The translations under genes and the position numbers were made by a program. The notes beneath the pieces were generated by a model. The model saw only the letters and a program-made list of their open reading frames with translations, was not told the DNA's origin and made no database searches. From Lingula anatina (Eukaryota > Animalia > Brachiopoda), in contig CM120645.1 of the NCBI GenBank assembly GCA_051362555.1, positions 16,182,001-16,246,000 on the forward strand: a DNA stretch of 64,000 nucleotides, in the 5' to 3' direction. Position 1 is the first letter of the stretch. Each line of letters begins with the position of its first letter. Below, piece by piece: positions 26,343 through 37,900 of the stretch.

Positions 26343-29300
26343 TTAAACAAGATTTCCTTCCAATAAACACAGTTTTCGCACATCACGGCGAAAGCGTCCC
26401 TTGGCTGTCTTAACAATCACCTGGCGCACATGTCCGTATTTATCAGGAAAAGTTTCCTCTATCAGTCCTTTAGGCCACTGGCCGCGAAAGGCATTTTCAT
26501 CAATAAGCAAAACAAAGTCACCTTTTTTAAAGTTCTTTGCTGGTCGGAGCCATTTCTGACGTTCTTGAAGCACTGGCAAGTATTCTTTAATCCATCGCTG
26601 CCAAAATTGGTCTGCAATTAACTGCGCATGTTTCCACTGTTCATTATATTGATCACGTTCTGTGAAATTGTCAGCGGACAAACAGGGATTCGAACGCAGC
26701 AACAGTAGTTGGTTAGGTGACAAGGTTTCAAGTTTGTAATAATGGTCTGCTTTGCGGATCAACGGACGATCATTCATGATTTTCTCAACTTCAGCAAATA
26801 CAGTAATTAATGTCTCGTCATCCACCAATCTATTTCCCAAGACTGAACGCATGATTTTCCGCACTGATCTGATTAAACGCTCCCATACGCCACCTGCGTG
26901 GCTTGCATTTGGAGGATTGAAATACCACTGAATGTTGCGTCGTAACAGAGAATCACTGATTTTTTCTTGATTCCACTGCTGTAAAATGCGTTTTAGATCT
27001 GCTTCAGCACCTCTGAAATTGGTCCCGTTGTCACTGAAAATTTCACACGGCGGTCCTCGCCGACTAATGAAACGCAAAACTGCTTGAATGAACGAGTCTG
27101 ATGACAGATTATATGATATCTCCAAATGAACTGCTCTAGTCGCCATGCACGTAAAAATGCAACCATAACGCTTATTTGTTCGTCTTCCGCATTTCACTAA
27201 CAGTGGTCCAAAGTAGTCGACACCTACTGAATGAAATGGTGGCTTCCCTGGTGTCACACGACTTCTTGGAAGTGGGGCCATAACTTGACTGCTGGGAACT
27301 GCATTCCATCTTCGGCACACCATGCACTTGCGAATGACTTTTTTCACTGTTGACAATCCACGCGTGATCCAAAATTCTTGACGTATCACAGATAACACGT
27401 GATATGCTCCCACATGTCCTTCTTTAATGTGATAGTGTCGCACAATGATTTCAGTGACGTGATGATCATGTGGAAGAATTTTCGGGTGTTTCTGTGAAGT
27501 AGAAATTACTGCATTCTGGAGACGTCCTCCTACACACAGAATCCCATCAATTTTGATCGGAGATAGCTTGCGCAATGGGCTCACGTATCCCTTGGAATCG
27601 GGTTTTTTGGTCATTGCAGATGATACAACGCTGCACTCTTTGGGAAATGACTTTGTTTGTACATACATCACGATGGCATTAGTAGCAAGCGCGATTTCCT
27701 GTACTGTTAATGGTCCATTGTTTCTATCTACTGTCAATTGTCTCACGCGGGACAGTAAGTAGCGTTTGAAACGCAAAATCCAGGCAACTGATTTCTGTAA
27801 AGTATACCACGATGAGAAATGATGCAACAATCGCTCTACACCGTCCAATACTTCCGACGACGTAGTGACATGTACATGAGCTGATTTACGTTTCACTTCT
27901 CTGTCATTTTCTGGAATTTCATGTAGATTATCTGGTTGTTTCGGCCAGTGTATCTCGGGCTGATACAAGAAAGCTGGGCCATGTAACCAACGTTGTATGT
28001 CATCACCGTTATCACTTCTGAGCTGTATTCCTCTCGAAGCGTAATCTGCTGGGTTCTGATCTGAATCAACATGATACCACTGCGATGGGGATGAAACATC
28101 ATGTATCATTTGTAGACGATTGGCAACAAAAACGTGGAATCTGGTCGCGGAATTCCGAATGTACTGGAGCACAATCGTAGAATCTGTCCAGAAAACAACA
28201 CGATGAATGGGCAGTTGTAGCTCCTCCATCATTTGTTTGTGAACTTTCGCAGACAATGTAGCTGCTGTCAGCTCCATTCGTGGAACAGTCACTGTTTTCA
28301 GAGGCGCTACACGTGATTTTCCCATGACAATGTTGCAGTATACTTGCTGGTTAATATCAACAAACCGCAAGTAGGAAACAATGCCGTAGCCGGATAACGA
28401 GGCATCTGAAAAATGGTGAAGTTCAATGGACTGAATATCTGCTAATTGAGCTGATTTGTAGCATCTTGGGACTTCAATTGTTTGTGAATTGTCCAATCCT
28501 TCTCTCCACTGTGTCCATGCATTAAGATGCTCTGCAGGTAAGTCACTGTCCCACGCAATGCCTTCCCGACACAATTCTTGGAGTATCTGTTTAGGTTTGA
28601 GAATAAGTGGCGCTGCAAAACCCAGTGGATCATATATAGATGCAATAAATGACAAAATACCTCTGCGGGTATTCTTTACATCCCTTTCACGGACGCAGTA
28701 TCCAAATGTATCCTTTTCTATGTTCCACTGTACGCCTAACGCATGTTCTATCGGCTGTTTGTCAAAGTTTACATTTCTGACTGACGGTGCTTGCTCCGCA
28801 GTGGGCACACTGGATAGAACTTCCTCCTGGTTCGATATCCACTTGGTCAGATGAAATCCACCTTTCTGCAGTAATGAGGTGAGTTGAGTGATCATCCTCT
28901 TAGCTTCATCGACGGTCTCTACAGACTTTAAGCAATCGTCAACATAGAAGTTTCTGTAGACAGTTTCAACGGTCTGAAAATCAAAGTCCTTTCCATGATC
29001 TTCTGCATTTTTGAGGAGAGCGTAGACTGTACAACTTGCAGAGGAAGTAGCGCCAAACACGTGGACTAGCATTTGGTATTCTTCTGGTTGTTTGCTGAGA
29101 TCTCCTGCCGGCCACCATAGGAATCGTAGGGCATCACGATCATCAGGGTGCACTCTCACTTGATGATACATTTGCTCAATATCAGCAACAATGGCTATCT
29201 TCTCCTGGAGGAATCTAAGGAGAACTCCAATGAGTGAATTGGTTAAATCCGGACCCTGTAACAAGGAATCATTCAGCGAAACGCCTGCATATTTCGCTGC

Positions 29301-32090
29301 ACAATCGAAGACAACTCTAATTTTGGACTTCTTTGAATTGATCACAGGGTGATGAGGTAAGTACCAAACAGAATTGCTGTTGTTATGCAGATTTCTGTGG
29401 TCAATCTTCTGAGCGTGTCCTTTATCAATATACTCCTGAAGAGCTTGAGTATACTTCTCACGTAGGTTTTCGTCACGCTGTAGACGTCTTTTGAGCAGAT
29501 TCAAGCGCTTTTCAGCTGCTGGCTTATTATTGGGTAAGAGCTCGTCTGACTTCCAAGGAAGGGAAACTTGGTAATGTCCGTCAACAAACACCACGGATTC
29601 ATCCATGATCCTCTTCGCTTTCTTATCTTCTAACGACATGCATTGGCTGCTGCTGACTGAAGACTCACTGAATTCACTGTTGTAAATCTTGCTTAGTTGG
29701 GTAGAAATGGAATCGCAGCCTCTCAGAGAATTATCACATCCGAGTACCTGGTCTGCATGAATGAAATTAACCGTGACGTCACCATCATTTGGTCTTTTCA
29801 CGGGACCTAATATAGTCCATCCTAAAATCGTTCGGATCCCGTACGGTTGTTTCTTATCGCCTCGTCTCTCTTCTATGCGCCAATGAGCTTCAGGGTGATC
29901 ATTACCGATGAGAATGGTAACTGTTTTGTCATCTAGCTCTGGCAGTTGGACATCTTTCAAATGGCTCCATTCTGAAATGTCGGAGTTATTTGGAATGTTC
30001 TTTTCACAGATGGGTAGTCTGTCGGTCGTCCAAACTTGATCTAGAATCAATCCTTGCTGGCTATTGATAGCTTTCACTTCTAGCTGTACTTCTTGCCCTT
30101 GGTTTACGCAACTTTCATCGTTAACTGTACTGACACTGTACTGGATAGATTTCCCTTTGACACCTAACTTTTCAGCTAAACTGTGTAAACATAAACTGTG
30201 ATCAGATCCATTATCTAAAAATGCATAAGTTTCAATAATCGGTCCACCATTGCCGCCGCTCACAGTCACTGGGACAATCTGTAGACTGATTCTTCTTCCT
30301 GTCGCTACCGCAGCACTCTGGACTGCAACTACGGGGTCAGTAACAACAGACGTAGCGTTGGCACCAGGCTCACGTTGCAGTGCGGGGCTGTTGGCAGGTA
30401 CACAGGGTGGGTGTAGTAACGCGTGATGTCGCTTGCCACATCCAGGGACTTGACACAATTGTTTCCATTGACACGTTCTCGCCGTGTGTGGAGGGTTGGA
30501 CTGAAGACAATTGAAACACAGTTTGTTTTCCGACACAAAAATTTTCCTATCGCTGTAATTCATTCTAGCAAATTTAAAACATTGCTTGATAGTATGATTT
30601 CCAGAGCAAAACACACACGGGTCTCTCTGGACTGACGATGGCTGGGACTTGTTGGAGTTGCTTTTCTCGGCAGGGTGAACGTTAGTGGCTAGGGTAGTGG
30701 TCTTATAGGACGGGTTGTGACAACTGACCTTTGACTTAGGTTTCACATCCGGCTTGGATCCTACCAATTGTCCGAACCTTGTGTTGGCAATCTGTACCAT
30801 TTCCTCCAGGTAATCTGAGAGATCCTTGAACTTGACCTCAATCCACTGATTTAACAATTTTCCGGAACGTTTGGCCCATCCAGCTTGGAGATATTGCGGT
30901 AATCGCCGGACCACTTTTTCCAGAGTATCCATAGAATTCAAATCTTCATAGTATCCCATCTTGGATGCTGTCATTTGGCACGTAGTCATGTCTCTTGAGA
31001 GCTTGGAGAGTCGTGTAACGTCTGACGCTTTAATGGGAGGACCTGTTACTATTTTCTCCAACATAGCTTTGATGATGATGTGTTTTTGTCCGAAATGAGT
31101 CTGTAATATGTTTCTAGCCTGTAAATAACCTTCCTCTGGTTCAAGTATGACACAGCTTTTTATGGCTTCTTTGGCTTCACCTGTGCAGTACTGTATGAGG
31201 TATGACAGTTTACTTCTAAAGTCTGGTACTCTTTGTTCAATATTAGTCTCAAAGTTTCTTATGAAAGTCGGGTATGATACGGGATTACCATTGAAATACA
31301 AGTACTCACGTTTGGGCATTTCTTGGTTCAGCGTGATTTCTTGTAAAGCTCGTTGTTGTTGTTGAAGTAAGTGTGCTACTTGGTCATTCATGGTAAGCTG
31401 ACGCTGTTGCTCTATGGTAGACGTACCTATTGACTGCGCCGTCATAGGTGTATATTCCGTTGCATGGGGGTTAAATGTCATCGCTGGATCTGTATGGGAT
31501 GGCACACTGTACGGTTGCTGTAGCTGTGACGGTTGTGACGACTGGGCTGCCGTAGGGAACTGCTGTGGTTGACTTGTCCTTGACATCGGTTTCGGTTGAG
31601 TAGGCTCCGCCTCATATGATACTCCTAATTGCTGAAGCTGTTGCGTGGAATGCGGGTGATGTGCATTCATGCGTGACCGCTGTTGCTCACTCTGCTGTTG
31701 CTGTTGTGCACTGATATGTTGATGAGAAACATGATCGGAATTTGTCAGATTATGTGCATCAATAGTATCAACGTTACCTTCTTCCATGGAATTAAAGTAG
31801 CGATCAATCGTGAAGTTGTGTTCCGACAAAGATTCGTCTTCCTGAATTTCAGCCTCAATTTCCCGCCGTCTCACCTGGGCTCGTAGGGAAAGCATTCTCA
31901 TTTCGTCTTTTAGCTCTTGCTCACGATACCGACGCCTTAGTGCAGTTTCCGCTTCTTCGAATTCCAACTGAGCATTAGCAATAGCGAGTGCTGCTTTTGT
32001 TCTTTGGGATTCCGATGCCGAACGCAAACTGTTGGTTCTGAATCGTCTATGGGTTAGTCCGAAATCTTGTAAGCTGCCGTGGTACGCCAT
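26343..32090 (-). CDS. BEL/Pao gag-pol polyprotein (about 1915 aa from the first ATG, MAYHGSLQ)
   Basis: Three Cys/His knuckles (CVFCSGNHTIKQC, CFNCLQSNPPHTARTC, CQVPGCGKRHHALLH), protease FLDNGS, RT FYVDDCL, RNase H HHFSDAS, integrase GVDYFGP / SDNGTNF / WERLIRS. Confidence 0.95.
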   Translation of the reverse strand: MAYHGSLQDFGLTHRRFRTNSLRSASESQRTKAALAIANAQLEFEEAETALRRRYREQELKDEMRMLSLRAQVRRREIEAEIQEDESLSEHNFTIDRYFNSMEEGNVDTIDAHNLTNSDHVSHQHISAQQQQQSEQQRSRMNAHHPHSTQQLQQLGVSYEAEPTQPKPMSRTSQPQQFPTAAQSSQPSQLQQPYSVPSHTDPAMTFNPHATEYTPMTAQSIGTSTIEQQRQLTMNDQVAHLLQQQQRALQEITLNQEMPKREYLYFNGNPVSYPTFIRNFETNIEQRVPDFRSKLSYLIQYCTGEAKEAIKSCVILEPEEGYLQARNILQTHFGQKHIIIKAMLEKIVTGPPIKASDVTRLSKLSRDMTTCQMTASKMGYYEDLNSMDTLEKVVRRLPQYLQAGWAKRSGKLLNQWIEVKFKDLSDYLEEMVQIANTRFGQLVGSKPDVKPKSKVSCHNPSYKTTTLATNVHPAEKSNSNKSQPSSVQRDPCVFCSGNHTIKQCFKFARMNYSDRKIFVSENKLCFNCLQSNPPHTARTCQWKQLCQVPGCGKRHHALLHPPCVPANSPALQREPGANATSVVTDPVVAVQSAAVATGRRISLQIVPVTVSGGNGGPIIETYAFLDNGSDHSLCLHSLAEKLGVKGKSIQYSVSTVNDESCVNQGQEVQLEVKAINSQQGLILDQVWTTDRLPICEKNIPNNSDISEWSHLKDVQLPELDDKTVTILIGNDHPEAHWRIEERRGDKKQPYGIRTILGWTILGPVKRPNDGDVTVNFIHADQVLGCDNSLRGCDSISTQLSKIYNSEFSESSVSSSQCMSLEDKKAKRIMDESVVFVDGHYQVSLPWKSDELLPNNKPAAEKRLNLLKRRLQRDENLREKYTQALQEYIDKGHAQKIDHRNLHNNSNSVWYLPHHPVINSKKSKIRVVFDCAAKYAGVSLNDSLLQGPDLTNSLIGVLLRFLQEKIAIVADIEQMYHQVRVHPDDRDALRFLWWPAGDLSKQPEEYQMLVHVFGATSSASCTVYALLKNAEDHGKDFDFQTVETVYRNFYVDDCLKSVETVDEAKRMITQLTSLLQKGGFHLTKWISNQEEVLSSVPTAEQAPSVRNVNFDKQPIEHALGVQWNIEKDTFGYCVRERDVKNTRRGILSFIASIYDPLGFAAPLILKPKQILQELCREGIAWDSDLPAEHLNAWTQWREGLDNSQTIEVPRCYKSAQLADIQSIELHHFSDASLSGYGIVSYLRFVDINQQVYCNIVMGKSRVAPLKTVTVPRMELTAATLSAKVHKQMMEELQLPIHRVVFWTDSTIVLQYIRNSATRFHVFVANRLQMIHDVSSPSQWYHVDSDQNPADYASRGIQLRSDNGDDIQRWLHGPAFLYQPEIHWPKQPDNLHEIPENDREVKRKSAHVHVTTSSEVLDGVERLLHHFSSWYTLQKSVAWILRFKRYLLSRVRQLTVDRNNGPLTVQEIALATNAIVMYVQTKSFPKECSVVSSAMTKKPDSKGYVSPLRKLSPIKIDGILCVGGRLQNAVISTSQKHPKILPHDHHVTEIIVRHYHIKEGHVGAYHVLSVIRQEFWITRGLSTVKKVIRKCMVCRRWNAVPSSQVMAPLPRSRVTPGKPPFHSVGVDYFGPLLVKCGRRTNKRYGCIFTCMATRAVHLEISYNLSSDSFIQAVLRFISRRGPPCEIFSDNGTNFRGAEADLKRILQQWNQEKISDSLLRRNIQWYFNPPNASHAGGVWERLIRSVRKIMRSVLGNRLVDDETLITVFAEVEKIMNDRPLIRKADHYYKLETLSPNQLLLLRSNPCLSADNFTERDQYNEQWKHAQLIADQFWQRWIKEYLPVLQERQKWLRPAKNFKKGDFVLLIDENAFRGQWPKGLIEETFPDKYGHVRQVIVKTAKGRFRRDVRKLCLLEGNLV

Positions 32091-32131
32091 GATGGAAATT
32101 TCCGTGGGATGATTGAGAAATGTTTTTACTT

Positions 32132-32629
32132 TATATAACACGCAGGGGTTATATAGGTTAAATAAAAGTCAAAGAAAAGGCATGTGTTTTTCACTGGATC
32201 TTGGTTTATTCACATGGATTCACAAGACACGTAAAAACTAAAAAAGAAGAAAAGAAAAAGAAAATTACAACAATGTACTTACTAACGGTTATTTACGTGA
32301 TCAAATTTACTTACTCAAAAAACTTATACATTTCAATAATCACCAATAATAAATAACTAATCATCAATAATCAATAATAATCAATAAACAGTATTAAAAC
32401 TCACCATTTCTGCCATTCCTTTAAACTATAAATTTCAAGTAGAAATAACAGATTCAAAAGTATACTGTGTACAACTCCTACGGAGACACTGTGCTGAATG
32501 AAACAAAGTGCAAAACTCAGGGCACCACCCTGAATGAAAACTTGTCATTTATGCAAATGAATGACCATTGCATTAGTTGAGCCGGACACCCAGCTCCTCA
32601 ATCTCAACTAAAGTAAACTAAACCTTACA
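32132..32629 (-). repeat. 5' LTR of the BEL/Pao element
   Basis: Direct repeat of 25723-26220. Confidence 0.95.
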
Positions 32630-33769
32630 GAGTCGTTATTTCGATTGTATTAAATCAAACTTAGTCCAGCCTACAGCAAAACGAGTCACCCTGTTAACCC
32701 TCCACCCCACCGATCTTATATATTTGATCCTTATACATGTACAACTTGATACCCAACCCAGCTGCTGCAGTAAAGGCCCTCTGTGCGTCATAGATTTGGC
32801 CTCCCAGCACAGCGGTTGCATCTGTCACAGCGAACGGCTAGGAGAGACCGTGAAACCCTGCCCAACTAAGAGGTATACAAACGTATACTCCAAACAGCAA
32901 AAAAGATTCCCAGGGACCTCTAGATATCCTGCCCGACCTAGTGTAGACAACATGCCTTGGAGGCCAGCCCCCCTCTCCCCTCCACATCCCGTCAAACATA
33001 CACACATAAATTTTTCTAGCAACTAAGTATATTACTGTTAATTTACCACGTTACAGTAGGAAGGAAGAACGTATACTCTCTTGTTACTAGAATGTTTATT
33101 CGTGCATTCTTCATTTTACAATTACAAGACTTCTTATCTTATCATGTCACAATCCAATGCCAAGATGCATCAACCGGTTTCTCTGGTTTTCCAAAACTTA
33201 ACAGTCTAACCTTTTCTTCAGTCTACATTCACTTATTTGGTAATGGTGAGATGTTTTACGCTCTTACACAATATCTTTTGTTATTCTTTTTCTCAATAAT
33301 TCTTTATTTAAAGCGAATTATGAGCTTTCAATCAAATTAAATCAAATGCCTAATGCGATAATATTGTTATAATTGACCTATGTTCTCAATCTGTATGTGC
33401 ATATTTTCCTCCATCGCATCATAAAAGAATGATTAACCTTTATGCTGTTATATTTTATTCCCCGTTAGTTGCTCACTTTGATTCTTTTATCCACACTCTC
33501 TGGCTCATTGAAATAAGACTCAAAGTCATTGACTGTTAAAATAATTGTTTTCATTAAAACAACAAAACAATGGTTATTGATTTTCATTGCGATAAAAGTG
33601 TCAGAATCGTTTTTGAAAAACGACAATAGTTTCGAATTGCTAGGTTCCTTCTTTAAAAATAAAAAATTTGAATATTTTCTTGAGTTAATAGAATAAAAAA
33701 AACATGCGTCCTACACCAACAAAACATTACATCACTGCTCAATATTGCGATTTATATAAGGGTAGGATG

Positions 33770-33927
33770 CAGGCCCGTAGCCAGCAATTTCAAAAGGGGG
33801 GTTCTTTTTCTGAAAAAGTGGACCTTTTTCCATAAAAACTTCATGATCCTAGATCAAATTTTACCCAGAGTGGACCCTAACCCACCAAAAGGCGAACCCC
33901 CCCGAACCCCCCCTGGCTACGGGCCTG
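33770..33927. mobile_element. 158-bp MITE
   Basis: Perfect 15-bp TIR CAGGCCCGTAGCCAG / CTGGCTACGGGCCTG; GGATG duplicated on both flanks. Confidence 0.85.
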
Positions 33928-34497
33928 GGATGTATGTTAAGCATATACAAAAACACTAAGTCTTAAAGTTGCGTATCTATCACCCTGCATACAACCAAAT
34001 GGCATCACTGTACACAAGCTAGAGTGGGTTCCTAACGGCTTTTCTAGATAAAGTACATTATATATGTGTTTCCAAAGAAAATTCACTGAAAATACAAAAG
34101 TTATATTGTTATAATAGGTTGATCCGCTAGTGAACAAGTCAATAGACTAAAAAAAAATTGTCACTGAAAATGTAAATCTTAATAATTAGTTTATAACACA
34201 TACACACACTAACAAACAAAAACATAGATTTTAATTTGTATTAAAACACGAATTCAAAGATGAATCATCATTAGACAAGTACATGGCATAATATTTGCAT
34301 GAATATATGTGGCTACCATGTGAAAAATCTAGGCAATTAAATCAACAGCTACATAGCAGCGCCCCCTTTAATGAATATCATATTTAACGATCAAAACACT
34401 CTATATTTAATACGTGCCCCATTAATACAAATGCGGTAACTTGTTCTGCCTCTCCAGAAAAGTCATTTGTAAACATGTTTGATGACAATTAACACCA

Positions 34498-34917
34498 TCA
34501 CACAGCAGTTTCTTTTCGGTTCAGTAAATCCTTTATATCATGCATCTGATCCCTCCAGACTTTTATGGCGATTTCCCCGGAGAGACAAGCCCTCATGGTC
34601 TTCTCCCAATATGCCTCCAAGGTCGGGTCCATTTTACCAGTTTCAAACTCTGGGGGGAAGTTGCCCTGCCTAATGCCGGCAATGAAGTCTCCAACTACAA
34701 GATTTCTGTGGCTTTTGTGCACATGTTCATTATGCCATATCTCCCACATCATGAGCCCAAGGGCGTAGATGTTGGCATCAGCATCGTAAGGTTTGGTGCC
34801 ATCGAGGACGCTGTAGGGGAGATAAACCATAGACCCTATGGGGGAGTTGGGATCTGGGGGTGGCATCGTGACAGGTTTGCTGATGTTCACTAACTTCACG
34901 GTTTTATCCCGCCCAGC
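34498..34917 (-). CDS. Gene B exon 8: pseudokinase C-lobe
   Basis: tatag|gct ggg; KLVNISK, YLPYS, ANIYALGLMMWEIW; stop TGA. Confidence 0.9.
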   Translation of the reverse strand, partial: AGRDKTVKLVNISKPVTMPPPDPNSPIGSMVYLPYSVLDGTKPYDADANIYALGLMMWEIWHNEHVHKSHRNLVVGDFIAGIRQGNFPPEFETGKMDPTLEAYWEKTMRACLSGEIAIKVWRDQMHDIKDLLNRKETAV

Positions 34918-37900
34918 CTATAAAAAATATAAGGGATCGTTCAGAATGAAATTGGTCGCAACAGCTCACTTACTCCTCGGGGACCCTCGCTGAATGCAAT
35001 CAGATTAACAGACTAACACGCCTCCTCTTGACGTTGAGTAAAATACGGAGAATGAGTACGCCAGTCACGTTAGAAAAAAAGAGGATTAAGCAAGTGCTAC
35101 CGTGAAGTTAATGTGCATGAACTATTGCGACCTAACTCCCCTAAGTGAACAGGTATGTGTGTAAACAGGTATGTGTAAAATTTCTAGTAATTTCCTTTAC
35201 ATATTACTAGGCGATTCTCCATCCCGCCATACAACTATATCTTTCTTTTGGAATATCATTACACATTACACACGGTCAATTCCACCATGTGCACCAGATT
35301 CCAGGACAATCCCCCCCCCCGATAATCCCCCCGCCCAGACAATACTCCCCGGACACCCCCCTCCCCCGAGTTGAGTACAAGTAGAGAAAGTATTATTAAA
35401 TATTTAATCAAAGTATAACCAGGTAAAGGTGGGGTAAACATATGAACAGTTCAACAGGTAAACATTTTTTAATTCTTTTTCTTTTTGTACGGCGGGAAGT
35501 GAGTAGGTGGATAGTTGTCAATCAATTAAAAGTGACATATAATCAAATGGATACCTGTATGAGTGAGAGAATATGTTTACCCAACCTCTCCCTAGAGATG
35601 CACCCTGGTGCAAGGCTTACTTAATCAGGGGGACGGATATTTTAGCAATTAAAAGTAACACTAAATTCATCTAAATGTTACCTGGATGTGTGAGATCATT
35701 TGTTTACCCCACTTTACCTGGAGATATACTTTGATAAGATTTTTAATAAAATTTTCTTTACTTCTATTTCTGAAATTTCCTGTACTTGTATTACATGAAA
35801 ATAATTTGTTTAATGAATTAAATATCTTCTATCTTTGAGATGCATTATCACACTAAGAAATATCCATACAATAGATGAATAGATTTGAGCTTCATACTCT
35901 TTACTTTATATTTGAATATAATTATTTATTCTTCGGGGGGGGGGGGTAGTCCGGGGGGGGGGGAGATTGTCCAGGGAGGAATTGTCAGGGGGGAACTGTC
36001 CGGAGGGGGGGGGGTTGTCCTGATACCTGTACACCTTATCTTGTACAAGGTTGTGAGTTCGCGACTGTTTATTTGTTTCTTGTAATGCTCTTTGCGCTCT
36101 GTGTCAAAAAGCAACAAAATCAAACTAAATCACAAGAGAAAGGAGAATTCAAGATAAAATTTGATATTTCTTTTTTATAAATACTCACGGTGATCATTAC
36201 TGTATCCATAGACAAATCCAAACAGACGAAGCCGTTCTTGTGCAGGTAGGCCAAGGCAGCCGCCAGTTGGATTAGACAATCTATCGGTTCTTTGAGTAAA
36301 CATTGGACCAGCTGACCCGGGACGACTTTTCGACTACCCTTGCCACTGCTGAGGACCCTCAAACTGGTCAAACGCGGGATCAAGATAAGAGATGGCAGTT
36401 CAGTTGTGGGGTCCAAATAAGTACCCAATATGGTGGGAATGAATCTCCTCTTTTGTTGCTTCATTTTTCTGGAAAAAATAATTTGTTCTTGTGTTATGTC
36501 CTATTTAATGTATGGTGCCAGCCATAAATCTCTACGATTAAGAAAGAAAAAACTAAACTGAAGTAAACATAGAGAATGTTTAAGACAAACAAGAGTTAAC
36601 TTCTTATTTCTACACACCTCATTTCAATGATATCTTCACGTACTTGCTTTTCACATGTAGCCCCTTTATATCGTTTTACAGATATTTTGAGGGATTGACC
36701 CTTTGGAGATTTTAAGATGGCAGAGAAAACTTCAGTCCAGTTTCCTTTATATGACGTTGGTCCTTTAACAAGTCTGATGTCTGCTTCCACATCTGTCTCG
36801 TTATAATCGTACGATAAAAGATGTGTAATAGCAAAATCTTCCAGCGCACGGTTAACTCTGGTAAACTTCTTGACGACAGGGTCATAGGTGTCGATGAGCT
36901 GCTCTTTAGACCGTTGATCTTCTTTAATGGACTGCATGTACTTTCTTGTTGATGATATAAGCTGTGGAATGGACTCGCGCATCATCTGTAGATGATCCCT
37001 GGCTTCTTGGAGTTGAGCATCGACGTAGGCCTTTGTAACATCACGCTTAGCCATTATTTTCAAAGCCTCGGATGACCTATCTCGAAGAAATTCACATTTC
37101 TTCTGGTCATATTGTTTTAAGATTTGTTTCTCTTTCCTCTTCCTCACATGTTTTTTTACGTCAACAAAAAGAAATGCCGGTGACGCAAGAAGCATACCCA
37201 ACGCACCAATGGGTAAAATGATAGGTGAAAATAAGCCGAGTGCAATTTTTTCACCTAGGTTAAAGTCTACAATTGACATTTTGTTCACCTCATTGTCCAT
37301 TAGGTCTTGTAATTCCATATAGGCTGCCAAATCTCTACTTTCACTGGAATCTGTTTCCGAGGACCGTTCCAGCATGTTTTCAATCATGCGCAGCTCAGAT
37401 TCAATTAACTGGAATTCTCTAGTGAATTTTTTGAACAAGTCTTTCTTCAGAGTTTCAAAATGTTTTTCGTCCGTTTCCCAAGACCTGATGGCATCAATGA
37501 TTCTTTTACAGATGGCATCTTCTATTCTTCCTTCTAAATAGTTCCAACTAAACCCATAAGGAGCTTCGGCATTGGTCCAAGAGGTAACTTGAGCACAGAC
37601 AGGATCGCTGCTAAGATATTTAGATAAAGAATCAGTAATGGTTTCACATTCTTTATAAAGATGTTCGTCTAGTTTTTTCAAAATTTCTTCCGACTTTTTC
37701 TCAAGTCTGTCCAGCCGTTTCTTCTGGGAGTTGTGCTGAGCCTCAAGTTCATCCCTTGTCAAATTGGCAGAATGAAGATACTGCTGAGCACAATCTATAG
37801 TGCGCTCTACCATATGTTTGCCCCATCTAAAATAAACATAGTATAAATAACCTCTATTATGAAAAATATTTTAAACAGCCTCAGGAACTGGCTCAAAATC

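Larger units (their letters stand above)
25723..32629 (-). mobile_element. Full-length BEL/Pao LTR retrotransposon
   Basis: Two 498-bp LTRs, 5-bp TSD GAGTC (25718-25722 and 32630-32634), one uninterrupted gag-pol ORF in PR-RT-RH-IN order, BEL-type PPT GGTGGCCGGTA next to the 3' LTR. Confidence 0.97.

Noticed and set aside
32091-32141. ORF-track start of the BEL polyprotein at 32141
   Set aside because: Non-ATG start lying inside the LTR; the first ATG at 32090 is more plausible
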